NCBI GenBank assembly: GCA_022447825.1
Contig: JAKUTY010000004.1
Span: 6,180-70,179, forward strand
Direction: 5' to 3'
From: SAR202 cluster bacterium
GTDB lineage: Bacteria; Chloroflexota; Dehalococcoidia; Lucifugimonadales; UBA826
Length of the DNA: 64,000 nucleotides
Shown here piece by piece: positions 17,571-27,600 of this stretch. The position numbers were made by a program, and so were the translations under genes. Within the stretch, counting starts at the first letter, position 1; each line of letters begins with the position of its first letter. Under the pieces are notes generated by a model. The model was not told where the DNA came from. It saw nothing but the letters and a program-made list of their open reading frames with translations, and did not search any database.

Positions 17571-19021
17571 TGTACTCCCCAAGTTTAGAAGAAGTTGAAA
17601 AACTTTCCAGTAGAGGAAATTTGATTCCAATTTTTCTTGAAGTTGATGCTGACTTAGAAACTCCTGTGTCTGCGTATATGAAGGTTTCAAGATCTCCTTA
17701 TTCTTTCTTGTTTGAAAGTGTAGAAGGTGGAGAACACCTTGCAAGATTTAGTTTTATTGGGACTGAACCTGAATCAGTAATTGTTACAGGACCTAATCAG
17801 AAAGATGGAGAAGTTGACCCCTTAATATTACTTGAAAAAACTCTTTCGCAATATCAATTGGTTGACACAGGAGATTTGCCTCGTTTTAGAGGTGGCTCAG
17901 TTGGTTATTTGTCTTACGAGACTATTAGGTATTTTGAAGAAATAAATGTTCCTAAAGAAGATATTCTTCTTGTTCCAGAATCCATATTAATGATGACAAA
18001 AACGTTTTTAGTATTTGATCATGTTAGACATAAAATTCGTGTGGTTAGCCATGCTTATTTACAAGATGACGATATTGAGGGTGCATATAATCAAGCAATT
18101 GGAGAGATTGATAAAATTGTACAACGATTGAATTCACCTTTGAATCCTATGGATATACCTAGAAAATCTGGATATTCTAGTGGTCCAGTGGTATCTAATA
18201 TGGATGAAGAATTTCATAAAGAGATGGTAGAAAAATGTAAAAAGTATGTTGTTGATGGAGATGTTATTCAAGTAGTGGTTTCTCAGAGATTTTCTAAGAA
18301 AACATCGGCACATCCTTTTCATATATATAGATCTCTCAGAGCAATAAACCCCTCACCATATATGTATTATTTAGATTTGAATGGATTTCAAATAGTGGGT
18401 GCATCTCCAGAAATGATGGTGCAAGTTGAAAACAGCACAGTATCTATGCACCCTATTGCAGGTACTAGACCACGTTCTCAGGATTTCAATGAAGATAACA
18501 GATTAGAAGAAGAACTTAAAAATGATGAAAAAGAAAAAGCTGAACATACCATGTTATTGGACTTAGGGAGAAATGATGTTGGTCGAGTGAGTCAACCGGG
18601 TTCAGTTAATGTCACTGAGATTATGGGTATTGAAAGATATTCTCATGTAATGCATTTAGTATCTAATGTTGAAGGTAAACTAAAGGACGATCTTTCGATT
18701 TTTGATGCTTTTAGAGCATGCTTTCCAGCAGGAACAGTTTCAGGGGCTCCAAAAATTAGAGCTATGGAAATTATTGCAGAATTAGAAAAAGATAAAAGAG
18801 GACCTTATTCAGGCAGCGTTGGGTATTTTGATTTTGCAGGTAATATGGATACAGCAATTTCTATTAGGACTATGGTTTATAAAGAAGGTATAGCTCATGT
18901 TCAGGCTGGGGGTGGAATAGTTTTTGATAGCAAACCATCTGTAGAATTTGATGAAACTGTGCATAAATCGAATGCATTGATTCGAGCTATCGAATCAGCT
19001 GAAATGAAGTTAGATTTATAG
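17570..19021 (+). CDS. trpE: Anthranilate synthase component I
   Basis: 483 aa with LESVEGG-like FESVEGGEH and GAPK/GGGIV chorismate-binding motifs. The ATG overlaps the trpS stop (TAATG 17568-17572). Confidence 0.95.
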   Translation: MYSPSLEEVEKLSSRGNLIPIFLEVDADLETPVSAYMKVSRSPYSFLFESVEGGEHLARFSFIGTEPESVIVTGPNQKDGEVDPLILLEKTLSQYQLVDTGDLPRFRGGSVGYLSYETIRYFEEINVPKEDILLVPESILMMTKTFLVFDHVRHKIRVVSHAYLQDDDIEGAYNQAIGEIDKIVQRLNSPLNPMDIPRKSGYSSGPVVSNMDEEFHKEMVEKCKKYVVDGDVIQVVVSQRFSKKTSAHPFHIYRSLRAINPSPYMYYLDLNGFQIVGASPEMMVQVENSTVSMHPIAGTRPRSQDFNEDNRLEEELKNDEKEKAEHTMLLDLGRNDVGRVSQPGSVNVTEIMGIERYSHVMHLVSNVEGKLKDDLSIFDAFRACFPAGTVSGAPKIRAMEIIAELEKDKRGPYSGSVGYFDFAGNMDTAISIRTMVYKEGIAHVQAGGGIVFDSKPSVEFDETVHKSNALIRAIESAEMKLDL

Positions 19022-19029
19022 GAGAATGA

Positions 19030-19605
19030 ATGATATTACTATTGGATAATTACGATAGTTTTACTTACAACATATATCAGTATATGTCTGAGTTAGGAGC
19101 TGATGTGAAAGTTGTTAGGAATGATAAAATTTCATTGTCTGAAATTAAAGATTTGAACCCTGAAAAAATTGTGATATCCCCTGGACCTTGTACTCCTCAA
19201 AAGGCAGGAATTTCAAATGATGTTATCAAAACTTTTGGAGAATATGTTCCCGTACTGGGGGTTTGTTTGGGACATCAATGTATTGGTGAATCTTTTGGTG
19301 GTATTGTTATGGGTGCTGGAGAGATCGTTCATGGAAAAACTTCTCTGATTAATCACGATGGGAAAGGAGTATTTTCAGGAATACCAAGTCCCTTTCGAGC
19401 GATACGATACCATTCCTTAGTAATCCAAAAGGATCATTTGCCTAATGAACTAGAGGTATCTGCTTGGACAGATAATGGCATAATTATGGGTGTTAGGCAC
19501 AAGAGCTTGCCAGTAGAAGGAATTCAATTTCATCCTGAGTCTATTATGACCGAATTTGGTAAAGAATTATTATCTAATTTCTTGAATATGAAAAAGGAAA
19601 TGTAA
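19030..19605 (+). CDS. trpG: Anthranilate synthase component II (glutamine amidotransferase)
   Basis: ILLLDNYDSFTYN, GVCLGHQ and FHPES, the class-I GATase triad motifs. Confidence 0.95.
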   Translation: MILLLDNYDSFTYNIYQYMSELGADVKVVRNDKISLSEIKDLNPEKIVISPGPCTPQKAGISNDVIKTFGEYVPVLGVCLGHQCIGESFGGIVMGAGEIVHGKTSLINHDGKGVFSGIPSPFRAIRYHSLVIQKDHLPNELEVSAWTDNGIIMGVRHKSLPVEGIQFHPESIMTEFGKELLSNFLNMKKEM

Positions 19606-20618
19606 TGAAATCATATTTGGAAAAACTTTCTTCAAATTATGACCTTACTTTCGATGAATCTGCTGATGCTATGCAATTAATTATGTCAGGTCATGCTACT
19701 CCTGCTCAATTTGGATCTTTTGTTACAGCCTTAAGGATGAAAGGTGAAACTGTCGATGAAATTTCTGGGATGGCTTCAGTAATGAGAAAAATGTCATTAT
19801 CTGTAAAGAATAATGATGATTTATTAGACACTTGTGGGACTGGAGGAGATGGTCTTGGAACATTTAACATTTCTACTGCCGCAGCATTTGTATCTGCAGG
19901 TATAGGAATTAAAATTGCCAAACATGGCAATAGAGCTATGTCCAGCCACACAGGAAGCGCTGATGTTTTAGAATCTTTGGGCATTAATATTAATCTAACT
20001 CCTGATCAGGTTTATGAGTGCATTAAAATTTCTAATTTCGGTTTTATGTTTGCTCAAGGGTTTCATCCAGCTATGAAATATGCGGGACCTTCCCGAAGAG
20101 AGATTGGAATTCGAACAGTATTTAACATTCTAGGACCCTTGACTAATCCGGCGGGAGCAAAAAAACAACTGATTGGTGTATCTGATCCTCAAGTTGGAGA
20201 TTTAATGGCACAATCTTTGAGAAAATTAGGATCTGAATCCGCGTTGATAGTACACGGAAATGATGGTTTAGATGAAATAACTGTGTCTGATTCTTCGAAA
20301 ATGTGGATTTTGAAGAATGGAGATATTGCAACTGAAACTTTTTCTCCAGAATCTCTTGGTGTTACCATTCAATCTTTATCAAAACTTAAGGTCAATAATT
20401 CTGAAGAGAGTGCGCAAATGATTGAATCTGTTCTCGAAGGAGCTAATGGTCCTGCAAGAGATATAGTTCTTCTTAATAGTGCTGCAGCGATTTTGATTTC
20501 AGGACATTCAGATAACTTTGAAGATGCTTATGTAAAAGCGCAGAGTTCAATAGATAATGGCTTGGCAATCAAAACATTAAATTTAGTTAGAGACTTTTCA
20601 CAAACATTAAATGATTAA
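19605..20618 (+). CDS. trpD: Anthranilate phosphoribosyltransferase
   Basis: DTCGTGGDG and KHGNRA motifs. Confidence 0.95.
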   Translation: MKSYLEKLSSNYDLTFDESADAMQLIMSGHATPAQFGSFVTALRMKGETVDEISGMASVMRKMSLSVKNNDDLLDTCGTGGDGLGTFNISTAAAFVSAGIGIKIAKHGNRAMSSHTGSADVLESLGININLTPDQVYECIKISNFGFMFAQGFHPAMKYAGPSRREIGIRTVFNILGPLTNPAGAKKQLIGVSDPQVGDLMAQSLRKLGSESALIVHGNDGLDEITVSDSSKMWILKNGDIATETFSPESLGVTIQSLSKLKVNNSEESAQMIESVLEGANGPARDIVLLNSAAAILISGHSDNFEDAYVKAQSSIDNGLAIKTLNLVRDFSQTLND

Positions 20619-21408
20619 ATCTGATTCTCCAAATATTTTAAAAGAAATAGTAGAAGCTAAAAAACTTCGATTAAAAGAGAAGAAAAAAGCTCTATCGCTA
20701 TCTGATTTAGAAAAAAGCATAAAAAAATCCGATTACCCTCTAAACTTTTCAGGAAATTTAATGAGTAATCAAATGCAAATTATTGCTGAAATTAAAAAAG
20801 GGTCTCCGTCAAAAGGGGCTTTTAATATAGGATTAACTGTTCAAGAGTTAGCTGAAATTTATTCTTCCAATGGAGCTTCTGCTATATCAGTTTTAACGAA
20901 TGAAGATCATTTTTTAGGTGATATTAATGATTTGAAATTAGCGCATGAAGTAGCACATAAAAATCGAATCCCTGTTTTAAGAAAAGAATTTATTTTTGAT
21001 CCATATCAGATATATGAATCTAGGGCTTATGGAGCTGATGCAATTTTACTGATAGTTGCAATGCTAGATCCTAATCATCTAAAAGAATTGATGGATATTT
21101 CAAAATCTCTTTGGATACAAAATTTAATCGAAGTTCATGATGAAAATGAATTGCAAATAGCACTGGAAAGTGGAGCTGAAATAATAGGGATTAATAATAG
21201 AGATTTAACCACATTCAATACTACTCTAGAGACTACTAAGAATTTAGCCAATTTGGTTCCAAGAGAAAAAATTTTAGTTAGTGAAAGTGGATTTAAAAAT
21301 AAATTGGAAATTGATTCAGTTAAATCATACGGTGTTAATGCCGTTTTAATTGGTGAATCTTTAGTAGTATCAGATGATCCAGGTAAGAAACTTAGAGAGT
21401 TATTATGA
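20611..21408 (+). CDS. trpC: Indole-3-glycerol phosphate synthase
   Basis: IIAEIKKGSPSKG and GINNRDL motifs. Confidence 0.93.
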   Translation: MIKSDSPNILKEIVEAKKLRLKEKKKALSLSDLEKSIKKSDYPLNFSGNLMSNQMQIIAEIKKGSPSKGAFNIGLTVQELAEIYSSNGASAISVLTNEDHFLGDINDLKLAHEVAHKNRIPVLRKEFIFDPYQIYESRAYGADAILLIVAMLDPNHLKELMDISKSLWIQNLIEVHDENELQIALESGAEIIGINNRDLTTFNTTLETTKNLANLVPREKILVSESGFKNKLEIDSVKSYGVNAVLIGESLVVSDDPGKKLRELL

Positions 21409-22058
21409 CAAAATTTAAAATTTGCGGAATTAAAGATTTGATTAATGCTAAAACTGTTCGAAATGCAAATGCTGATTTCATGGGTTTTGTTTTTGTTCCA
21501 GGGTCTAGGAGAAAACTAGATATGTCTTCTGCTAAAACCTTGATTGATTCATACAGAGATTCCACTGGTTCAGGTGGCCCTGCTTTAGTAGGATTATTTG
21601 CTGACCAGCCCCTAGATTATGTCAATGAAGTGATAGAGCAATGTGGTTTGGATTATGTACAGCTTTGTGGTCAAGAAGCTACTGAATATTGGGCTAATGT
21701 TAATTCAAAAGTGATTAAATCTATCAGTGCAGATATCTCTACTGATAATGTTAAGAATGATTCAAATCTTTTTAAAGATTCAAAAAAAATTTTAGATAAT
21801 GATGCCATTCCTTTATATGATAAGTTTGAAAAAGGTCAGTTAGGCGGTACAGGTAAAAGTTTTGATTGGACAAGTATTGAAGGATTTTCAGATTCAATAA
21901 ATTTCATTCTTGCAGGCGGGTTAAATCCTGAAAATGTTGGAAATGCTATTCAAAGAATAACGCCTTGGTGCGTAGATGTTTCTACTGGGGTTGAAACTGA
22001 TGGAAGAAAAGATCCAGACAAAATATTAAAATTTTCTGAAGAAGTCCAATCTTTATAG
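21405..22058 (+). CDS. trpF: Phosphoribosylanthranilate isomerase
   Basis: KICGI...GFVF...VQLCG pattern. Last gene of the trp cluster. Confidence 0.88.
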   Translation: MTKFKICGIKDLINAKTVRNANADFMGFVFVPGSRRKLDMSSAKTLIDSYRDSTGSGGPALVGLFADQPLDYVNEVIEQCGLDYVQLCGQEATEYWANVNSKVIKSISADISTDNVKNDSNLFKDSKKILDNDAIPLYDKFEKGQLGGTGKSFDWTSIEGFSDSINFILAGGLNPENVGNAIQRITPWCVDVSTGVETDGRKDPDKILKFSEEVQSL

Positions 22059-22067
22059 GGAGATAAG

Positions 22068-22415
22068 ATGGTCTCTTATGATTGTGTTTTTTGTAAAATC
22101 ATTTTAGGGGAAATTCTTTCAGAATTCATTTATGAATCAGAGCTTTTTTTTGCCATCAGAGATATTAATCCCATTGCTTTAACACATATTTTGATAATTC
22201 CAAAGATTCATATTAATTATTTAGAATTAATACATGAGTTTCCCTCTTTTGATTTTAATGAAATGTATGCGGTAGCCTTAGAAATAGCTAGTAAAGAAAA
22301 TATTTTGAATTCAGGATATAGGTTGGTAATTAATCAAAAAGAAGATTCAGGTCAAGAAGTAGAACATTTGCACCTTCATTTAATTGGAGGAAATAAGTTG
22401 AAGGATATTGGATAA
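22068..22415 (+). CDS. HIT-family (histidine triad) protein
   Basis: CVFCKI N-terminus and HLHLHLIGG histidine triad. Confidence 0.88.
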   Translation: MVSYDCVFCKIILGEILSEFIYESELFFAIRDINPIALTHILIIPKIHINYLELIHEFPSFDFNEMYAVALEIASKENILNSGYRLVINQKEDSGQEVEHLHLHLIGGNKLKDIG

Positions 22416-22981
22416 TGCCTGAATTGTTATCAAAACTCAACGATTACTTGAATGGTTTAACTGTTAATTTACAAAACCATTTACATAGAACTGCAAAACT
22501 TGGTAGAGAGCTATCACTATTACATGATGTTAATGATGAGAAGGTTTTTGTTGCTTGTATTGCTCACGATATCGCCAAAAAATTAGATGTTAATGAAATG
22601 TTACAAGAGTCCAAGCTAAATAAGTTAACAATTTCTTATGAAGAAGAGAATTCTCCAATACTAATGCACGGTCCTTTAGCTGCTTCTTGGCTAGAGAAGA
22701 ATTTCAAGTGTAACGATCAAGAAATTCTAGATTCTGTTTTTTTTCATACTACTGGACGACCATACATGTCTCAAGTAGAAAAACTGGTTTTTTTAGCGGA
22801 TAAAGTTGAACCAAACAAAGTTGAAAGAACTCCTGATTTACAGGAAGTTTTAGATTTATGTTTCTTGGATTTGGACGCAGCTATAGTTAAATATATTGAT
22901 ATGAAAATACAACAATTATTAAATCAAGGAAAAATCATTCATCCACTAGCAATTCAGACTAGAAATTTTTATATGAAATAG
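22415..22981 (+). CDS. yqeK: HD-domain protein, YqeK-like bis(5'-nucleosyl)-tetraphosphatase
   Basis: CIAHDIAK (HD) and FLADKVEPN motifs typical of YqeK. Confidence 0.75.
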   Translation: MPELLSKLNDYLNGLTVNLQNHLHRTAKLGRELSLLHDVNDEKVFVACIAHDIAKKLDVNEMLQESKLNKLTISYEEENSPILMHGPLAASWLEKNFKCNDQEILDSVFFHTTGRPYMSQVEKLVFLADKVEPNKVERTPDLQEVLDLCFLDLDAAIVKYIDMKIQQLLNQGKIIHPLAIQTRNFYMK

Positions 22982-22990
22982 AAATAATTT

Positions 22991-23497
22991 TTACGGTTTA
23001 CCTTTTTCAATTATTTTAATGTCTGCATGAAATTTATTGCCATCAATAGTTATAAAAGCCATTGTTCCATCAACCATAAATGATTTGTAGCCTTGGCCTG
23101 GATTAACAAATAATGTCCCTTGAATATATTCGTTTAAGGTTTCATGTGTGTGCCCGAATAAGATTATGTCAGGTTTTACTTCGAAATCCTTGAATAATTC
23201 TTCTGGAGGGAATTCTGGACCTGCCCATGCAGGATGGGTGATCCCTATTTTAACCCCCTCAACATTTATGATTTTTGTATATGGGAGAGATTCTCTAATT
23301 TCAACAGGATCCGAATTCCCATGAACTATATGCCTTTCTTTTGAAGAATTTAAAAAACCATCTACTACTGACTGTCTTACAATATCACCACAATGAATTG
23401 CGATGTCAGCATTTTGGATTTCCATTCTCATATCAGAATTGATATCTTCCCACTTCAAACAATGTGTATCAGAAATTACTGCGATTTTTTTAACCAT
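22991..23497 (-). CDS. YfcE/MJ0936-type metallophosphoesterase
   Basis: ISDTH, GDI, GNSD and GHTH phosphoesterase motifs, 168 aa. Confidence 0.82.
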   Translation of the reverse strand: MVKKIAVISDTHCLKWEDINSDMRMEIQNADIAIHCGDIVRQSVVDGFLNSSKERHIVHGNSDPVEIRESLPYTKIINVEGVKIGITHPAWAGPEFPPEELFKDFEVKPDIILFGHTHETLNEYIQGTLFVNPGQGYKSFMVDGTMAFITIDGNKFHADIKIIEKGKP

Positions 23498-23498
23498 T

Positions 23499-24701
23499 TT
23501 AATTTAATAAAGTTTGGACACGATCTAGAATTTCGTGAGCCAATTCATATTTGGACATTTTAGGTAAATTTTCTACTTCTCCGTATGGATTAATAATGAC
23601 TACTTCGTTGTTATCTGAGTTAAATCCTATGTCAGTTCTTGAAACATCATTACCAACTATTAAGTCTAACTTTTTGTTTGTAATTTTATTTTTGGCATTT
23701 TCAACTAAGTTTTCTGTTTCAGCAGCAAAACCTACTTTAATTAATGAATCATTTTTTATAGATGATAGGATGTCAGGGTTTTTTACCAATTCTATTTCCC
23801 AGTTTTGGTCTTTTAATTTTTTTGTTTTAGTTTTGGCTATTGTTTTGGCCCTCCAGTCTCCTACTGCTGCAGCCATAATTAAAACATCACAATCAATTGA
23901 ATGGTTTTCAATCGATTGTTGCATGTCTATAGCAGACTTAATTTTTTCTACATTTATTCCGATAGGGTTATTTAAACTAGTAGGTGCTGAAATTACAGTA
24001 ACTTCTGCTCCTCGATCTCTAGCTGCCTCTGCAATAGCAAAACCCATTTTGCCAGAAGATCGGTTAGTAATTGTTCTTACGGGATCTAAATCTTCTTGAG
24101 TTCCGCCAGTTGTAATTAAAATTTTCTTTTGTGAATAATCTGAATTTTTACCCAATATCATTGAAGTTACTTGAACTATATCTTGGGTGTTTGATAGCCT
24201 ACCCAACCCCACGAGTCCAGACGCCATTCTGCCAAATTCTGGTCCACATACAAAAAATCCTCTTTGAATTAATTGGGCGAGATTTTCTTGAGTAGCAGGA
24301 TTCTCAAACATTTTTCCATCCATGGCGGGAGCTAGGATTACCGGAGCATTTGTAGCTAAAATTGTAGTCCCTAATGGATCATCAGAAATTCCATGAGAAA
24401 TTTTAGCTAATGTGTGGGCCGTTGCAGGTGCAACAATAATGCAATCAGCTGATTCTGCCATAGCTACGTGATTGACTGCTAATTCGTTATCTAAATCAAA
24501 TAAATTTGTTACTACTTGTCTGTGAGTGATACTTTTAAATGAAATCGGGTTGATAAATTGTTGTGCAGAATCGGTCAAAATAGTATCTACTTTTGCCCCT
24601 AATTGGGTTAGTTTACTAGCAAGATCAATGGCTTTATAGCAGGCGATACTACCAGTAACTCCTAAGATAACATTTTTGTTGTTTAAAGGATGATTATTCA
24701 A
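23499..24701 (-). CDS. coaBC: Bifunctional phosphopantothenoylcysteine decarboxylase/phosphopantothenate--cysteine ligase
   Basis: 400 aa. N-terminal flavoprotein domain (VTGSIACYKA) and C-terminal CoaB domain (NRSSGKMG). Confidence 0.94.
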   Translation of the reverse strand: MNNHPLNNKNVILGVTGSIACYKAIDLASKLTQLGAKVDTILTDSAQQFINPISFKSITHRQVVTNLFDLDNELAVNHVAMAESADCIIVAPATAHTLAKISHGISDDPLGTTILATNAPVILAPAMDGKMFENPATQENLAQLIQRGFFVCGPEFGRMASGLVGLGRLSNTQDIVQVTSMILGKNSDYSQKKILITTGGTQEDLDPVRTITNRSSGKMGFAIAEAARDRGAEVTVISAPTSLNNPIGINVEKIKSAIDMQQSIENHSIDCDVLIMAAAVGDWRAKTIAKTKTKKLKDQNWEIELVKNPDILSSIKNDSLIKVGFAAETENLVENAKNKITNKKLDLIVGNDVSRTDIGFNSDNNEVVIINPYGEVENLPKMSKYELAHEILDRVQTLLN

Positions 24702-25477
24702 GAATGTTCTCCCTCAATATTTAATTGAAATATGATTTCTAAACCTTTTAAGGTTAAATCGATATTAACATCATCAATAATACCTACTTCTTTTTCTAAA
24801 ATATTTGCAAGCCCACCGGTTGCTATAACTTTTGCATCATTTCCTAATTCCTTTTTAAATCTTTTGATCATTCCTTTGATTAGGTCGGCATATCCAAACA
24901 TTAGTCCTGATTGAATTGAGCTAGTAGTGTTTTTACCTATTGCAAATTCTGGGGCATGTAATTCAACTCTTTTAAGTTGAGAAGTTGAATTGTATAAAGA
25001 GTTTGCAGAAACAATCATTCCAGGCGCTATTGCTCCCCCTAGATATTCATTAGATGCATTAATTGCATCAAATACTGTAGCGGTTCCTAAATCTACAATT
25101 ATACAAGGACCACCATAAATAAAGTTTGCAGCTGCAGCATCTACTATCCTGTCAGCCCCTACATCTTGAGGTCGATCGTAAATCACTTTGATTCCCGTTT
25201 TAGTTCCTGATCCCACTATTAATGGATTAATCTTTAAATATTTTTGACAAAGCTGGTCAAATGTTGCTGTAATTGGAGGCACTACACTACAGATACATGC
25301 TTGATTGATATCAGTTAATTTGATTCCAGAGTTTAGAATTATTTGTTGCAGTAATGTAGCATATTCATCTGTTGTTTTTGAGACATCAGTCGAAATACGC
25401 CATGTACAAATTAAATCTTTAGATTTAAATATTCCAACCGATATATTTGTATTTCCTACGTCTATAGCTAATAACAT
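24698..25477 (-). CDS. coaX: Type III pantothenate kinase
   Basis: LLAIDVGNTN and GADR motifs. Overlaps coaBC by 4 nt. Confidence 0.92.
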   Translation of the reverse strand: MLLAIDVGNTNISVGIFKSKDLICTWRISTDVSKTTDEYATLLQQIILNSGIKLTDINQACICSVVPPITATFDQLCQKYLKINPLIVGSGTKTGIKVIYDRPQDVGADRIVDAAAANFIYGGPCIIVDLGTATVFDAINASNEYLGGAIAPGMIVSANSLYNSTSQLKRVELHAPEFAIGKNTTSSIQSGLMFGYADLIKGMIKRFKKELGNDAKVIATGGLANILEKEVGIIDDVNIDLTLKGLEIIFQLNIEGEHS

Positions 25478-25578
25478 AATTATTTGTTAGTTTTGGTATG
25501 AGGAATTATATCATTGGTAATTTATTGATAAGTAAATTCAGGATATAATCGCATTAATAAAATTTGAGGGAGTGAAAA

Positions 25579-26409
25579 ATGGCTACAAAATCCCAGACTA
25601 CAATCCTTACCCCATATCAAGTTAATCGTTATAGTAGACACATAATTATGCCTCAAGTAGGTAGTGTTGGACAAAGAAAACTTTTGGATGCAAAAGTTTT
25701 GATGGTAGGTGCAGGTGGATTAGGTTCACCTATTTCTATTTACCTGACTTTAGCAGGTGTTGGAACTATAGGATTGGTTGAATTTGATAACGTTGACGTT
25801 ACAAATTTACAAAGACAGATTTTGCACTTCAATGATGATATTGGAAAACCTAAAGTAGAATCAGCTTTAGAAACTTTAAAATCTTATAACCCTGATACTA
25901 AAGTGAATATTCACGAAGAACCTATATCATCTTTAAATGCAATGGAAATAATTAAAGACTACGACATCATTGTTAATGGTGCTGATAATTTTCCTACTAG
26001 ATATTTAGTTAATGATGCTTCTTATATGTCAGGTAAACCGTTAGTTGATGGAAGTATTTTGTTGTTTGATGGACAGGCTACTACATTTTTGGCTGGTGAA
26101 GGATGCTACAGATGTTTATTTCCTACCCCTCCTCCTCCTGGAGAAGTGCCAAGTTGTGCAGAAGCTGGAGTGTTAGGTATGTTGCCAGGCATGGTAGGTA
26201 CCATACAAGCTACAGAAGTAGTTAAGTTGATTTTAGGTATTGGGGAAACACTTTCAGGAAGATTACTATTAATTGATGCTCTTAGTATGGAGTATAGAAC
26301 TGTTAAATTAAGAAGAGACCCCAAATGTCCATTATGTGGAGATAACCCAACAGTTACTGAACTGATAGATTATGAAGCTTTTTGTGGCGGAGCTTCCTTA
26401 ATAGGATGA
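25579..26409 (+). CDS. MoeB/ThiF/HesA-family adenylyltransferase
   Basis: RYSRHI, GAGGLGSP nucleotide loop and two CxxC pairs (CYRC, CPLC). Confidence 0.85.
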   Translation: MATKSQTTILTPYQVNRYSRHIIMPQVGSVGQRKLLDAKVLMVGAGGLGSPISIYLTLAGVGTIGLVEFDNVDVTNLQRQILHFNDDIGKPKVESALETLKSYNPDTKVNIHEEPISSLNAMEIIKDYDIIVNGADNFPTRYLVNDASYMSGKPLVDGSILLFDGQATTFLAGEGCYRCLFPTPPPPGEVPSCAEAGVLGMLPGMVGTIQATEVVKLILGIGETLSGRLLLIDALSMEYRTVKLRRDPKCPLCGDNPTVTELIDYEAFCGGASLIG

Positions 26410-26417
26410 GTTTTTAA

Positions 26418-26981
26418 TTGAAAATTTATACTAAAACTGGTGACGATGGAGATACTGGTCTATTCTTTGGTGGCAGAGTTCGTAAAAATGATGTTAGATG
26501 TGAAGCGAATGGATCAATAGATGAGACTGTTTCATCCCTCGGGATAGCAAGATCTTTTTGTCAAAACCCAGAAGTACTAACTATTTTGTTGGAAATTCAA
26601 AACAGCTTGTTTACTGCCGCTGCTGAGTTAGCTACATTACCTGAAAATTATAAAGATTTGAAAAAATATTATAAAATTATTGATTCTGAAAATGTCTCAA
26701 AATTAGAAAAAACTATCGACTATATTGATTCTCAAATCCAATTACCTCCTAGTTTCATATTGCCTGGTGCTTCATCTGGGTCAGCAGCTATAGATTTAAG
26801 TAGATCTATACTTAGGAGAGCTGAACGTGAAATTGTTACTTTGAAAGATGAAGGTAAGCTTGTTAATGAATTTGTACTCAAATATATAAATAGGCTTTCT
26901 GATTTATTGTTTATGTTGGCAAGATTTGAAGATAAAAACTTGCCTTTTGAAATTATTACTGGACAGAAATTAAATGATTAA
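26418..26981 (+). CDS. ATP:cob(I)alamin adenosyltransferase, PduO type
   Basis: KIYTKTGDDGDTGL N-terminal signature. TTG start. The 3' end overlaps hisH by 8 nt. Confidence 0.85.
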   Translation: MKIYTKTGDDGDTGLFFGGRVRKNDVRCEANGSIDETVSSLGIARSFCQNPEVLTILLEIQNSLFTAAAELATLPENYKDLKKYYKIIDSENVSKLEKTIDYIDSQIQLPPSFILPGASSGSAAIDLSRSILRRAEREIVTLKDEGKLVNEFVLKYINRLSDLLFMLARFEDKNLPFEIITGQKLND

Positions 26982-27600
26982 AGAAAAACCTTTAATAGGT
27001 GTAGTTGATTATCAGGCAGGAAATTTAAGAAGTGTTCAAAAAGCTTTAGAAAAATTTGGAGCTCAAGTTGTCATATCATCTGAAAAGCAACATTTGTTAA
27101 ATGCCGATGCCATAGTATTCCCAGGTCAAGGGGCATGTGATGCTTCAATGCAAAATCTTAAGAAAAAATCATTGGATGAATTGCTCATTAGATTGATAAA
27201 CGATCAAGTTCCATTTTTAGGAGTTTGTTTGGGATTACAGCTTTTGTTAGAGAATTCAGAAGAAGGGATTGAAGATTGTTTAGGAGTAATTCAAGGTAAT
27301 GTAAAAAAATTTTCACCTGGTTTAAAAATACCTCATATGGGATGGAATCAAGTTGAATGGAAAATTGATCACCCTGTATTTAAAAATATTCCTAATTATC
27401 AAAATTTTTACTTTGTACATAGTTATTATGCTGATTTAGTCGATGAATCTTTAATAGCAGGAGTTACTCAATACGGGCATAAATTTTCAAGTGCAGTTTG
27501 TTTTGATAATGTTATAGCTACTCAATTTCATCCTGAAAAAAGTGGTAGTTGGGGACTACAAATTTATAATAATTTTATTGAATTTGTAATTGGAGTTTAG
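26974..27600 (+). CDS. hisH: Imidazole glycerol phosphate synthase, glutaminase subunit
   Basis: DYQAGNLRSV, GVCLGLQ and QFHPEKS motifs. Confidence 0.94.
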   Translation: MIKEKPLIGVVDYQAGNLRSVQKALEKFGAQVVISSEKQHLLNADAIVFPGQGACDASMQNLKKKSLDELLIRLINDQVPFLGVCLGLQLLLENSEEGIEDCLGVIQGNVKKFSPGLKIPHMGWNQVEWKIDHPVFKNIPNYQNFYFVHSYYADLVDESLIAGVTQYGHKFSSAVCFDNVIATQFHPEKSGSWGLQIYNNFIEFVIGV

